Part shown: one piece after another, positions 26,396 to 38,903 of the stretch
Position numbering within the stretch: the stretch's first letter is position 1
Layout: the number at the start of each line of letters is the position of its first letter
DNA from: Octopus vulgaris
Lineage: Eukaryota
Reading direction: 5' to 3'
DNA: 64,000 nt
NCBI GenBank assembly: GCA_951406725.2
Contig: OX597815.1
Coordinates: 18,228,001 to 18,292,000, forward strand
Made by a program: the position numbers and the translations under genes
The notes under the pieces: generated by a model
Database searches by the model: none
What the model was told of the DNA's origin: nothing
Seen by the model: only the letters and a program-made list of their open reading frames with translations

Positions 26396-27725
26396 ATACT
26401 TACAATTACACGGGAAATTATTCACTAGCTTCATAGCAGCTGAAGTATATAGCGTCCAGGAGAATGGGAAACTATAACCAGAGGAACAAAAGGGTTGCAA
26501 AAAGAAGTCAAAGGTTAAATGTTGATCTGTTGTATATCGATAGTATGATATTAAGTGAGATACAAATAAGAAAGAAGCACTTACAAGAAAGCCTACGATA
26601 ATGTTCCACACGTTTGACCCTTAGAGTGTCTGAGTACACTCAGGATCAATGAGAGGATTAAAAAATTTTTTAGAAAAGGCAATGAAATCATGGGAAATAG
26701 CAATAAACTTCGGAAATTTGTTGGGGAATATTTCAAGGAGACTCACTCCATTACTTTTCGCCATTACATTAACTACCCTGGCATACAGATTTAGAAAATA
26801 CAGGACTGCTTATAATTTTGCCAAAAAAACAGGTTGAAAATATATCACATCCTATTTTTGAACGATCTCAAACTGGTATATGGAAAATTAAACTGACCTA
26901 CATTTTCTTATACAAAGAGTGAGAATATGAAGCAGGGACATTGGTATGTAGTTTGAGGCAAATAAGTGCGCTGTTTTAATTATGAAGAAACTCCGAAATG
27001 TCTAATCCTTCTGAGCTTTGGAATTCAATCATCTGTAATACCTTCCACAACGTGAAATGCCGAAATGAGGCGAAGACCATTTTACAGTCAATGTTCTCTT
27101 ATATTCTCTGGCATGAGGGGTCCTGGCATTAGATATCTCGTTCTTCGGGCCTTCTACTTACGAAACCCCATATGGTCTTCCAAGAACTGTTCTTCATTTG
27201 TCTGTTTGGTCCTTTTCAGTCGAGTTCTCAGTAAGTTCCCGATGACGTGGGTTGCGAGGAGTAATGTATTGTACTCTAAGTTATCAGTCGTACCTGCAAC
27301 AACGCTAAGTGCAACTAAGATTGTTCACATTTAGTCTGCAACCATTCACCCATTCTACAGATACTGTTACACAGCTTGGTGAAAAACTGCATCATATTGT
27401 CGTAATTTGTTTTCGATAATCACGCCGGAAGGTCGTCAGCATTTATGGTATTATTGTAAGGTAGGTATTGCATCGTATCTTTCACTTTGGAATTTACAGT
27501 TACCGTCATCGTTAATGTTACCTTTTGATTTATCGACGATCTGGTAGAGTCTGGTAGGTGCCAGCATACCCATGTGATCAAAAAGTTCGATTTCCTGACA
27601 CAGTCTAGGAATCAATTCCATTGTGCAGTATCTTGAACAGGAGTCTTCTATTCTATTTTCAGCTTACTGTCAATGGGGAAGTGGTTAAACAGAAATTCTA
27701 GGGAGTTCTTTCTCTTATATATATA

Positions 27726-27930
27726 GTTAATCCAAACGTGAAAACACAAAGAGAAAACACAAGAACGCGAGGACGTGGAACAAGTATAGTGTTATTGGAC
27801 GCTCAGGAAAGGAAAGACAGAAGGAGGATTTAACGTTTCGAACGGAGCTCTTCGTCAGAAACATAGGAAAAGGAAAGATCCAAGGAAGGGAAGACGGAGG
27901 AAAAAAATCGCCAACGATACACACGCGGTC
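27726..27930 (-). mobile_element. ~200-bp hammerhead-bearing dispersed element (copy 1)
   Basis: Homologous to 46064-46250, 62352-62562 and 35449-35510. Minus strand tttCTGACGAagagctccgttcGAAACGTTaaa at 27828-27862. Confidence 0.75.
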
Positions 27931-28326
27931 GTGCATGTGTGTGTGTGTGTATAAATCTGTAAAACACGTACCACGCTTATGCAAGTGCAGGGTTTTGGTA
28001 TGATTGGCTAAAAACTCTTAAAGAAGGTCTCAGTACCTAACAAAATGATACTGTAATAATAGTTTTACCTTTACATCCTTCTTTCTTCCTTCCTCTGTGT
28101 AAATTATATAATAAAACAGGCAGAAAATAATCCCCACTAGAAATTGATTAATTTAAAAAACATAAAAAACTATTTCTAGTTGGCAACGTTTCTTTGTCAC
28201 TGTTCACTTAACGTTGAATCTCATACTAACTTGACACTGATGAAGTTTTTATTTTCCCATATTTAAAATAAAAAGAGAGAGAAAATGTCTGTAGAAAGTA
28301 AAATACTGTAATTTATCAAAACATAT

Positions 28327-29670
28327 TAACCCATTTCCGTTGGAATGGTAAACCTGAAAAGAATAGTAAAAATAAATAGGAAAGCAAAGTCAAGAATATA
28401 TGGAAAATTATTCAGGAATACTGCACTGAAGTGCTGTGATTTTCTCCTCAAAACACTCCTCGTAAAGTAACAGAATAATGGAGTATCTAACCAGGTTACT
28501 GTTGCTTTTCTTTTAACCGTAAAATGCCATGAGTAAGATTGACATTAATCTTCTGTTTATTCACTTCCTTTTTTTTTTTAAAATTTAAGCAAAGAATGAA
28601 GTTGATAACAAACAGGAACTGTCGAGACTGGCAACTTTAGACTACGGACCAACTTTCCTGTCAAACACGCTTTTATTGATTACAGATTCGACAAGTTAGT
28701 TGGCAGCTGGTGGATCAACCATAATCAAAGTTCAATAAAAAGTGGCAGACTTGCAAGAGAGGTTTCTGCAATCGATGATAATGTAGCTGCTACAACTGAC
28801 AGTTTTCCCCCGCTAACGGTAACACTGATGCTTTTTAGTTCCAGCCATTACATAGCCAGGCTGGAATACAATTATTTTATTTTCTGAAAAGTGAGATATT
28901 TTGATAGGTTTGTCAATCATAAGTAACCTCTATCAGCAAGTGAAATTTGATCTCCACTTGAAAAATGAAATTAGGGATCACAGAGGAAAACACATAGAAA
29001 CTAACAAGCACGCATACGCACATTCATTCATAAACGTGTTAATGAACTAACCGTTTAGGAATACTTTAAATACAACATCACTGAACGTATGGCGACAAAT
29101 TGAATGAAAGCTAATGAGGCTAAGAAGGATTTTAAAGAACTTTGCTGGATTGACACTTAAGTGACAAATTGATTTCCGTCGACATTCATGAGCTATGAAT
29201 TAGCCATTAAACGCTTTCATAACCATACTAACAAACATATCTTGCCGAAGGAGGCTTCAATAGACGAGTTACTGGTTGAACGTTATTTGATTGAAGCAAC
29301 GAAACTTGCTGAAATTACAAAGATAAAGAAGCAAGTATCTAGGAATAATGAAATAACATATTTGTTATTAGTTTAAATAGATGGATACTGAAAACAGAAA
29401 AGCAATCAAAACCTAGATACTCGATATTCAAAATGAAGCTACAGTTATTTTGGAATAGCAAAATCATTAGAACGTAGAAGAAAATACATACTGAATGACC
29501 AAAGGTAATTAATGTTTTTATTTCGAGCCAATGAAGCAGCTTCTGAACTGTCGCACGAGTTGCTAGAAGTAGTAAACAAATCACTCGTAAACCACATCTT
29601 ACTGTTTTCTTTTTGTGAAGGACCCATTTAGACAATATAGTCCTATAAGCTCAAAAGAGTACTGGATCAT
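28327..29670 (+). mobile_element. Possible heavily decayed piggyBac transposase remnant
   Basis: TTAACCC at 28327 and KRFHNH..PKEASIDELLV (SIDE motif) in ORF 29188-29376; otherwise unreadable. Confidence 0.3.
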
Positions 29671-30269
29671 GACAACTGGAATACCTTTGATCAAGGGATT
29701 GCCTGATCAGGATTAACCTGGAACGAAACACCTAAAACACAAAAACAGAATCACCAGTAGTTTCTTTATTTCCCGTACAAAATTTTATAGAAAATGTCAG
29801 ATATCCTGCATCTGAGTTTATAAAATTCTCTCATACTTCATAAAGTGACAAAAACAATCAACCTATATATTATGATATTAAATTTTAAAGCTATCATCTT
29901 AAAAGTAGTAATCTTTAAAACAATTGCATTAAGAATAAGTATAAAACCTTTTTTTGTTCAGCACCAATAGAAACGTCATCCATCAACAGTTGGTATACAC
30001 AAACAGGTCTCACATTAAGACATTAAGATCCTCGTCTGCCACAGGAATGGCGAGATGAACTTATGTACGTTACTATTAAGTTTTGTTTAGTTTTCTTCAT
30101 TACCTATCAATATTACTGAATTACTGGCCTTCATTTCTGTTATTATTATAAGATTATATTCTTTGTAAAGTTAAATGGTGATCTCATAAATAAATTAGTA
30201 CCCATATTTACAGAGAAAAAAGCACCAACCACACACAATATAGTATAATCAAATAAAGGGATTATAATC

Positions 30270-30334
<65 letters not shown>

Positions 30335-30370
30335 AGGATGACACAAATTCGTGAAGCGTTCCATATTTTT

Positions 30371-30433
30371 TAAAGGTGGTGCTCCAGCATGGCTGCAGTC
30401 AATTGACTGAAACAAGTAAAAGAGTAAAAGAGT
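30371..30433 (+). mobile_element. SINE-C 3' fragment
   Basis: taaaggtggtgctccagcatggctgcagtc...gagtaaaagag. Confidence 0.8.
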
Positions 30434-30453
30434 GTATATATATATATATATAT

Positions 30454-30608
30454 ATAGTGTAATAAATAAAATATATGCATACATACAAACATATATGTAC
30501 GTACCGACATCTACATGTATATATACATGCATATATAAATAATACATGTAGATGTCGGTACGTACATATATGTTTGTATGTATGCATATATTTTATTTAT
30601 TACACTAT
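30454..30608. repeat. Perfect 67-bp inverted repeat with 21-nt spacer
   Basis: 30454-30520 is the reverse complement of 30542-30608. Confidence 0.85.
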
Positions 30609-30728
30609 TGTCTGACAGCGCTTCGCGTCGAGTTCGTTTGAAATTTCGATTTTTCGAATTCTCACTTCGTTCCGTCTCTTTCCTCCCAGTTTGTTTTACA
30701 GTTTATATATATATATATATATATATTT

Positions 30729-30822
<94 letters not shown>

Positions 30823-30857
30823 AAAGAGTGTATGTATATAAATAAATAATACATACA

Positions 30858-30890
<33 letters not shown>

Positions 30891-31555
30891 GGTAATAGGT
30901 AAGTACCATCCACAGGAACTTAGTAGGCTTCGAGAATTTATGCTGCTACTACAGATGACAATAGGTGGACAATATATGATAAAACATCCACAGCACGAAT
31001 GGCAAGTTGAAAGAAGAAAGTGAAAAAACAAATCAAAATCAAATGACCAACGAAAGCATTATTTAGAGGGTAGGTCGACATAAAAAGAAAATTAGGTGAG
31101 TGAGTTTGCAGATGTAATTAAGTGGAAGGGAAAAGGACGCTTGTTCGAGGAGAAAAGGAGATGGGGAGGCCTGGTAATAAATTCCTTTACCCAAGGGAGT
31201 CGAAGAGATAGCAAGAGATAAAGAACTGAACAGCATAGACAAATTATTGGGACTGATAAAGGGGTAACAGTCAACAAAGAAGTAATAAAATTCACAACAC
31301 AATTTGGGTGAAAAAAGGACACGCATGCACATCGCTTTGATAAGGAATACTCTAGCAAAAATATTAATTCTAACAAGTACCAAAAGTATAAATTCTTAAA
31401 GTTAAAAATGATGTAAGATTTGCTCGATTTCTTAATTAAATAAATCCAGTGTTACGTTCAATATACAATTATTTGGATATATTGTAAATAATTAAATGAA
31501 TTATGCTATTATTAATGTGTATACAACTATTTCATATTAAACTAATATTGAAATA

Positions 31556-31904
31556 TTTCGTTTTTGGATTTGGTTTGCAAGATTCTTTATTTGAGTTCGT
31601 GTGTTGAAGCATATTCAGTTGTATCTGGGGAGAGTCATTTTCTTTTTGTGCCTTATAATCTAACACACTCACCGGTAAAATTTCCACTCATTTCTTATTT
31701 TTATTTTCCTAAAATTTTCTTTGGCGTCTTGCAACCTTTTCAATAGTCTTGACTCTCAATAGTCAAGACTATTGAAAAAGTTGCAAGACGCCAAAGAAAA
31801 TTTTAGGAAAATAAAAATAAGAAATAAGTGGAAATTTTACCGGTGAGTGTGTTAGATTATAAGGCACAAAAAGAAAATGACTCTCCCCAGCCACAACAGA
31901 ATAT
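31556..31904 (-). mobile_element. Fold-back element (copy 1)
   Basis: 144-bp arms 31611-31754/31761-31904; TSD-like aatattgaaa at 31544 and 31900; homologous to 47836-48133. Confidence 0.8.
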
Positions 31905-33829
31905 TGAAACAATTTCATTCAATTCTTTCCTCTTGTACTAGATATACTTATAGTTCAAGTGGAACACACACGGCTTTTGGTGGAATTGTGAAGACTAAGT
32001 ACAGAACAATTTTTTTCCAGCACCCAGTACGAAGAATAATTCCCAAAGCATAAAACAGAAAAATAAAACAAAAGAAACTACAAAATAAAGATCCAATAGC
32101 ATTTAAGGTAAACGATGAGTAAATAATAAACATTGGCGGTGCCCCAGCATGGCCACAGCTCGTGAGCTGAAACTAGATAAAATAAAAATAAAATAAATAA
32201 CTATATAAATTTAGTAAACAATGTTATGTCATCAGGAACGCAAGAAGAAGTATAAATACTTATTTCTACTATAGACTCGAGGACTGAAATTTTGTGCTGA
32301 CGGATTAGTCGATCAAAGTACATGACTAGTACATTATTTCACTGAGCTGGAAAAGCTGTGAGTGAAAAACTGGGAGGGGGGAACCTCTGCCTCAAAAACC
32401 TCAAAGTTGGGTAAAGCTTTCATGCTTTGATTTGTAAACTACGATATGAATAACACAGGTCAACAAAGAATTTGTCCCAAGAAAAAGAATACCTGTATCT
32501 TATTTGTTTTTGCGAAATGTTCTTAATTAGCAACGCGCCTTTAATTATTAATTCTGAATTACTGATTATATATGCACTAATTAATCTTGGGAGAAATCGC
32601 ATTAATTTGCAATAAAAATACTTTTAAAAAAATGAAGTTAATAAGGAATGTTTTAAGACCCCAAATGTTGGAAGAAATACACACACACACACGCACGTAT
32701 ACACACACACACACACACATATACACATACACACACGCACACATATTTCCAAACTTAATTTCTCGGTTGGGCGGGAAATTATTGTTTTGGATCGAAGAAA
32801 GAATAAGTGGAGAGGAGAGGTTACTCTTAGGTTTGTTCGATTTTCACTCACGCGCGATAAAGAAAATTATATTTTAAAAACTTATAATTTATACCATGAA
32901 CAATACACACACACACACACACACACCAAATCGAGAGTAACCTTGGTATTTAATATATGTAACGATACAGTTATAAGGACTACCAGGGTACCAGAAAACC
33001 TACAAAGTGTAGAAATATATTAATGTACCCCGAAATTATATAAAACAACACACATGCAGACACACACCTATACTTCGTGTAAGTTTATGCTCGATATAAC
33101 CGGCGTGGATAACCAGTGAAGTCGTGTGTCACCCTGGTAATTAATATATATAACAATACAATTATAGGCGGTTCTACGTTTGCCACAATGATATATATCA
33201 CCAGGGTGTCACAAAGCTTATTGAATATAAGATAGCTGTTTTTTTTCCTGAGATGTATGTTAAACAACACGCAGACGTTTGTACTTCATGCAAGTTTGTG
33301 CTCGAAGGGAGCCAACTTAATATTTAAAATACTAAAACACAGAAAAAAAGCACATAAAAATATTGACACACAGAAGCACAGAAAAATATGTAATATATTA
33401 ACACAGAAAAAATTAAAACAAAACACGCAGATGAAAAGAATCTCGTGGTGTGAAGAATTAAGTGTGAAAAATCAATATAGACAACAGCGGCACAGACAAC
33501 AGTGAACCACAGATCAGCGTGTGGTTGTCATGGTAACAAGCTGCTAATGCCAAGTTATATGTTGATTAGCTAAAATTACCCAAATTTCCCAACTTTAATG
33601 CCAAATAACATCAGATTCTATAATTTACGAGGTCGTAATCGAAATTCAGAGTTGCATCGGTGCACCAAAATTGAAAGCGATCTGAGCAAAATTAAGTGGG
33701 GTCCATTTTGCGAATGAGAAGGACTAGATCCCACTCGGGGGTATTTGAACTCGCAACGGAATGAGAAGGAAGAAATGCATTTTGTTCGAATTGCTAACGA
33801 CTCTGTCAGGTCGTCGCCTTTTAATACTG

Positions 33830-34012
33830 ATTTCCAGTATAGCTACAAGGCCTCAAAGTTTTCAGAGTCAGGCCAATTACATCGACCTCAGTGCTCAATC
33901 CCAAAAGGATGAATGGCAAAATCGATCTCAGCAGCACTTGAATGTTAAGAACCGGAATACATGCCGCAAAACATTTTGTCCGGCGCAGTAATGATTCTGC
34001 TAACCCGTCGCT
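33830..34012 (-). mobile_element. Old degenerate SINE-B
   Basis: Diverged tail-2 and body motifs. Confidence 0.5.
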
Positions 34013-34030
34013 TTCAGAATTATAAGTAAT

Positions 34031-34755
34031 CCATTCTACTCCAGGCACAAGGCCTAGAAATTTTGGGGGAAGGGGACAGTCGATTAGATCGACCCCAGTA
34101 CGCAACAACTACTTAATTTATCGACCCCGAAAGGCGAAGTCGACCTCGGCGGAATTTGAACTCAGAGCGTAAAGACAAACGAAATACATATTTCTTTACT
34201 ACCCACAAGGGGCTAAACACAGAGAGGAAAAACAAGGACAGACAAACGGATTAAGTCGATTATATTGATCCCAGTGCGCAACTGGTACTTAATTTATCGA
34301 CCCCCGAAAGTATGAAAGGCAAAGTCGACCTCGGCGGAATTTGAACTCAGAACGTAGCGGCAGACGAAATACCTATTTCTTTATTACCCACAAGGGGCTA
34401 AACACAGAGAGGACAAACAAGGACAGACAAACGGATTAAGTCGATTATACCGACCCAGTGCGTAAATTGGTACTTATTTAATCGACCCAGGAAGGATGAA
34501 AGGCAAAGTCGACCTCGGCGGAATTTGAACTCAGAACGTAACGGCAGACGAAATACCTATTTCTTTATTACCCACAAGGGGCTAAACACAGAGGATAAAC
34601 AGGGACAGTGCGTAACTGGTACTTATTTAATCGACCCCAAAAGGATGAAAGGCAAAGTCGACCTCGGCGGAATTTGAACTCAGAACGTAACGGCAGACGA
34701 AAAACCTCTAAGCATTTCGCCCGGCGTGCTAACGGTTCTGCCAGCTCATCGCCAT
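34031..34755 (-). mobile_element. SINE-B tetramer (one head, three tail-1 units, terminal tail-2 unit)
   Basis: Junctions at ~34185, ~34370 and ~34553; TSD agaattataa(g/a)taat at 34016-34030 and 34756-34770. Confidence 0.9.
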
Positions 34756-35448
34756 AGAATTATAAATAATGCAAGAAGAATGTTATAAATTAAGAACTCA
34801 TTGAATAAACAAGCGTGGTGATTGTCCCATAGTATTCGTGAATAACCGAATTAGCGGTAAAAGGGGTTTTCAAAATTATGGTCTTCCTGAAGCAAAAAGA
34901 AACTGTATTGAAAAATTTCACGAACGAAAAGAAATAAAAAAATTAAGAAATTTTGAATAATAAAGAGAAGAAAATTCGAGGAACACATGAAGATCTGTGT
35001 TTTTATTTTAAAATGAAGAGATTTCAAATATTTGGCGTGAAAGGTAGCTGCTAAACTCAAACAGTTGGAGTTTAGCTGTCCAAAATCTGGACAGATATTA
35101 GCAATAAAATTCTAGAAAACTATTAATGACAATTTTATGATTTAATAGAAAATGCATGAAAGATTCAAAAAGCTGTCACAAAATCGTAGAATAGTGCTTA
35201 TGTTTCAGAAAAATCAATAAATTTGAAATAAAGATACAGATTATATCAACCAAGAAGAATATATAACCACTGCGGGTGTAAAAGAAAAGAAGCCGGTGAA
35301 AAGAATAAACTGAAGGATTTTTTGCATACACACACTGACATATATATATATAGGTATGTGACTGCATATACGTATGTATGTATATTATATTTATATATAT
35401 ATGCATATGTCCACAACTATATATGCACATATATATATATATATATAT

Positions 35449-35506
35449 ACTATACTTGTTCCACGTCCTCGCGTTGTGTTTTCTCCTTGTGTTTTCATGT
35501 TTGGAT

Positions 35507-35510
<4 letters not shown>
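35449..35510 (+). mobile_element. 3' fragment of the ~200-bp hammerhead element, embedded in (TA)n
   Basis: actatacttgttccacgtcctcgcgttgtg...tttggattaac. Confidence 0.75.
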
Positions 35511-35586
<76 letters not shown>

Positions 35587-36214
35587 GTATATATATATAT
35601 ATATATACACACATAGATGTATATACTTTTATATTTGTATATATGTATGTATGTTTATGTACCCATATACACTCATACGCACACACATTCACGCACGTAT
35701 ACACACACGTGTATATGTACTTGCGAACATCTTAAAAGTTAAGATAGTTGTAAATATGTGAGATACAATGTTGCAATCTCCATAGAGCATTTGAGATATT
35801 ATATATAAAAATTTTTGGACAAAATTAAAGTTCCTAGTTCTTCCACCATTACCAGGCTCATAAACGACAACGTAATTTACATGACATTTTTAAAGGGCGC
35901 AGAAAATGTGTCTAAAGCCAGCTGAAGACGATGATCTCCTGGGGCTAAAAGCTTCAGTAACACCCACCCTTAGTGGTTAGCCACATTGAGATGGCTAGTA
36001 TACTTTACGTTGTCGAGCGGTTACTGTTTACATCTCGTTCAGAGATTTATTATTGATTTTAAAATTCATCTATAAAGAAAGATGTAAAACACGCGTAAAA
36101 GAACTTATTTTATCTATGCACTGCATAAAAAACGTTTGCACGGTATGGATCTGAACAAACAACGGTTGAGTGATACGAGTATTCATAAAACGTTATAAGC
36201 AACAATCGAAGGTG

Positions 36215-36370
36215 GTGGATTCTTCGGCGGTCTCGGCGATGAGCAGTCAGCTGTTTGACCATCTGAATTCCTATTCACGAAATTAACGTGTAAGTACCCT
36301 TACACAATTCCTAGATATATTAACGCGTGGCGAAGTGACAAGGTTGAATTTTTTAATTATAAGTACAATC
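36215..36370 (-). mobile_element. Old degenerate SINE-A fragment
   Basis: gaaattaacgtgtaagt and gtgacaagg motifs shared with SINE-A. Confidence 0.5.
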
Positions 36371-36449
36371 CATAAAAAAATGAAGGTGTGTGTATCTAAG
36401 AGAGAAGGCAGTCAGATATGTAAATAGATGGTTGACAGAGAGATAGATC

Positions 36450-36494
<45 letters not shown>

Positions 36495-36499
<5 letters not shown>

Positions 36500-36756
36500 G
36501 AAATGAGGTACTCAGAAATCTCATTTCTTCAAATATATAATATATATTCTTCTAATATATAATACCTGTACATCATCTCCAAACGTTCTAATGTATATAT
36601 TGATAAAAAATGGTAAGACAACAAAAGAATGAAAGAGAACTATATATTATGTAAATAGAGGAATTTATCTGTAAAGGTAATATGTGAAAATTATTCGGCA
36701 TCCAAAACTCGGAGTTTTATCATGGCTACCGAATAATTGTCACACATTACATTTAC

Positions 36757-36806
<50 letters not shown>

Positions 36807-37095
36807 GATAAAATTGTTACAAATTTTATCGGTGGCCAGCATATAAAAAAAATAGACCTATTAAGGTGAAATCATAAATACAATTATAATTAAGGGCATA
36901 AAAAATCTTGCCTATATGCTGAAGGAGACGCTAAAGCGTGGAACCACATTTAGTATCATTGCTATTATTAATAATAATAGTGATGATATTTAATGTGGTT
37001 TGACAATTAGCGTCTCCTTTCAGCATATAGGAAAGATATTTTTATGCCCTTAATTATAATTGTATTTGTTTCTATGCCCTTAATTATAATTATAA
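36495..37095. repeat. Cluster of short fold-back elements between (TA)n tracts
   Basis: Inverted repeats at ~36498-36531, ~36683-36745 and ~36875-36933/37008-37068. Confidence 0.6.
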
Positions 37096-37495
37096 ATATA
37101 TATAAAGAGAGAGAGGGGGGGAGAAAGGGAGAGAGAGAGAGAAAATGAGTATCCTTCCTCTAGTGGAATATTTTATTTATCGTCCCCGAAAGTATAAAAC
37201 CCAAAATCGACCTCGGCAAGATTTTATTCAGAACTCAGAGAGCCAGAATAAATAGCGCAAGTTATTCTAGTCGATGTCGTAATGTTTCTGACTATTCGCC
37301 ACCTTAGCTGTTACATAATATAGTAGTCAAAATTCAAATGTTAATGGAGATTTGACACAGTAAAAAAGAATGGAAGAATAACGAAAAATATATATATAAA
37401 GGATGACTATTTACCTTGAGTACGTGAGTAATTCAATAAAGGAGATTTAGTCTCTTTCTATGATGATTTGTATGAAACCAGTTATTCATCTAACA

Positions 37496-38122
37496 AGGCG
37501 GTGAGCTGGCAGAATCGTTAGCACGCTGAGCGAAATGCTTAGCGTTATTTCGCCGCGACTTTCTGAGTTCAAATTCCACCGAGGTCGACTTTGCCTTTCA
37601 TCCTTTCGGGGTCGATTAAATAAGAACCACTTACGCACTGGGATCGATAAAATCGACTAAATCCGTTTGTCTGTCCTTGTTTGTCCTCTCTGTGCTTAGC
37701 CCCTTGTGGGTAGTAAAGAAATAGGTATTTCGTCTGCCGCTACGTTCTGAGTTCACATTCCGCCGAGGTCGACTTTGCCTTTTATCCTTTCGGGGTCGAT
37801 TAACTACGCGCTGTTACGCAGTTACGCGCTGGGATCGATATAATCGACTTAATCCGTTTGTCTGTCCTTGTTTGTCCTCTCTGTGCTTAGCCCCTTGTGG
37901 GTAGTAAAGAAATAGGTATTTCGTCTGCCGCTACGATCTGAGTTCAAATTCCGCCGAGGTCGACTTTGCCCTTTATCCTTTCGGGGTCGATTAAATACGC
38001 GCTGTTACGCAGTTATGCTGTTACGCAATTACGCGCTAGGATCGGTATAATCGACTTAATCCGTTTGTCTGTCCTTGTTTGTCCTCTCTGTGTTTAGCTC
38101 CTTTGTGGATAGTAAAGAAATA
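37496..38122 (+). mobile_element. SINE-B trimer (one head, three body-tail units)
   Basis: Junctions aaagaaata|ggtatttcgtctgcc at ~37724 and ~37915; TSD tattcat(c/a)taaca at 37483-37495 and 38125-38137. Confidence 0.92.
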
Positions 38123-38854
38123 GATATTCATATAACATTTCAATACTCTGAGAACTCTTGGAAATATTGTTAGAGATACAATGATTACATAAAGGGTCCA
38201 ACTAATAAAAATTTACTGATACACGGAACACTATGCTTTCATTCTTCAATTTCTGTACAGAAATGCTGAAATACCAACAGGTGTCGAATTATCACCAGAT
38301 CTTGAATGCTTGAAAGGAAATACCTATCTTGGAAGGATTTAATAAAAAAAAAAGTTATATAAATTATGTTATCCAACATCTCAAACGCTATTTCGTTTAT
38401 TTGAAATTATCTCTTCTTAACACTATATTTGTTTACAAATTGACTGCAGTAGGTTGTTGACTTATTGGTGGCACTTTTGCTATCTCTCCCGCGTTTTGAT
38501 TTTTTCTTTTTACCACAAGCTGTGTAATGCTTTCATTGCAGTATAAATACCACCGTAATCTACGGAAATTTCTGGATATCAAATATGCTTACTATACAGC
38601 CTTTCTTTCCCTGATAAAGCTACTGTTTGTGCTTCTTGGAAAAGAGCCCTTTTTCAATAATTCTAATTAAATTCCTTAACTTTCATTATCCCCTCAACTA
38701 CTTAAAACGGCAGATAATTGAAATGTTGGTTCTAGTTTACAATTACTTAATTTCGAGATGAGCACTCACAAGGTTTAAGTAGGAAGTCATTTTGAAACGT
38801 AATTTCGTATCTTCACATTAGTTTCCCAGCCATCTCTCTCTCTCTCCCTCTCTG

Positions 38855-38900
<46 letters not shown>

Positions 38901-38903
<3 letters not shown>

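Larger units (their letters stand above)
24400..26995 (+). mobile_element. Decayed R4/Dong-like LINE, N-terminus + reverse transcriptase, interrupted by SINE-A and SINE-C
   Basis: Remnant motifs KRMYKIWREQDMFLVTEQRLLDQ, FWSDIW, WKAPRADG, NYKPIT, PEEQKGC, YKKAYDNVPH, GIFQGDSL, HILFLNDLKL (YxDD region), DIGM*FE..KCA; many stops. The 5' region may extend to ~23830. Confidence 0.85.

Noticed and set aside
27000-27700. Possible minus-strand LINE C-terminal remnant
   Set aside because: No motif readable with confidence.
34031-34755. Regularly spaced repeats suggestive of a CRISPR array
   Set aside because: The whole ~183-bp unit repeats with no unique spacers, there are no cas genes, and the context is eukaryotic.
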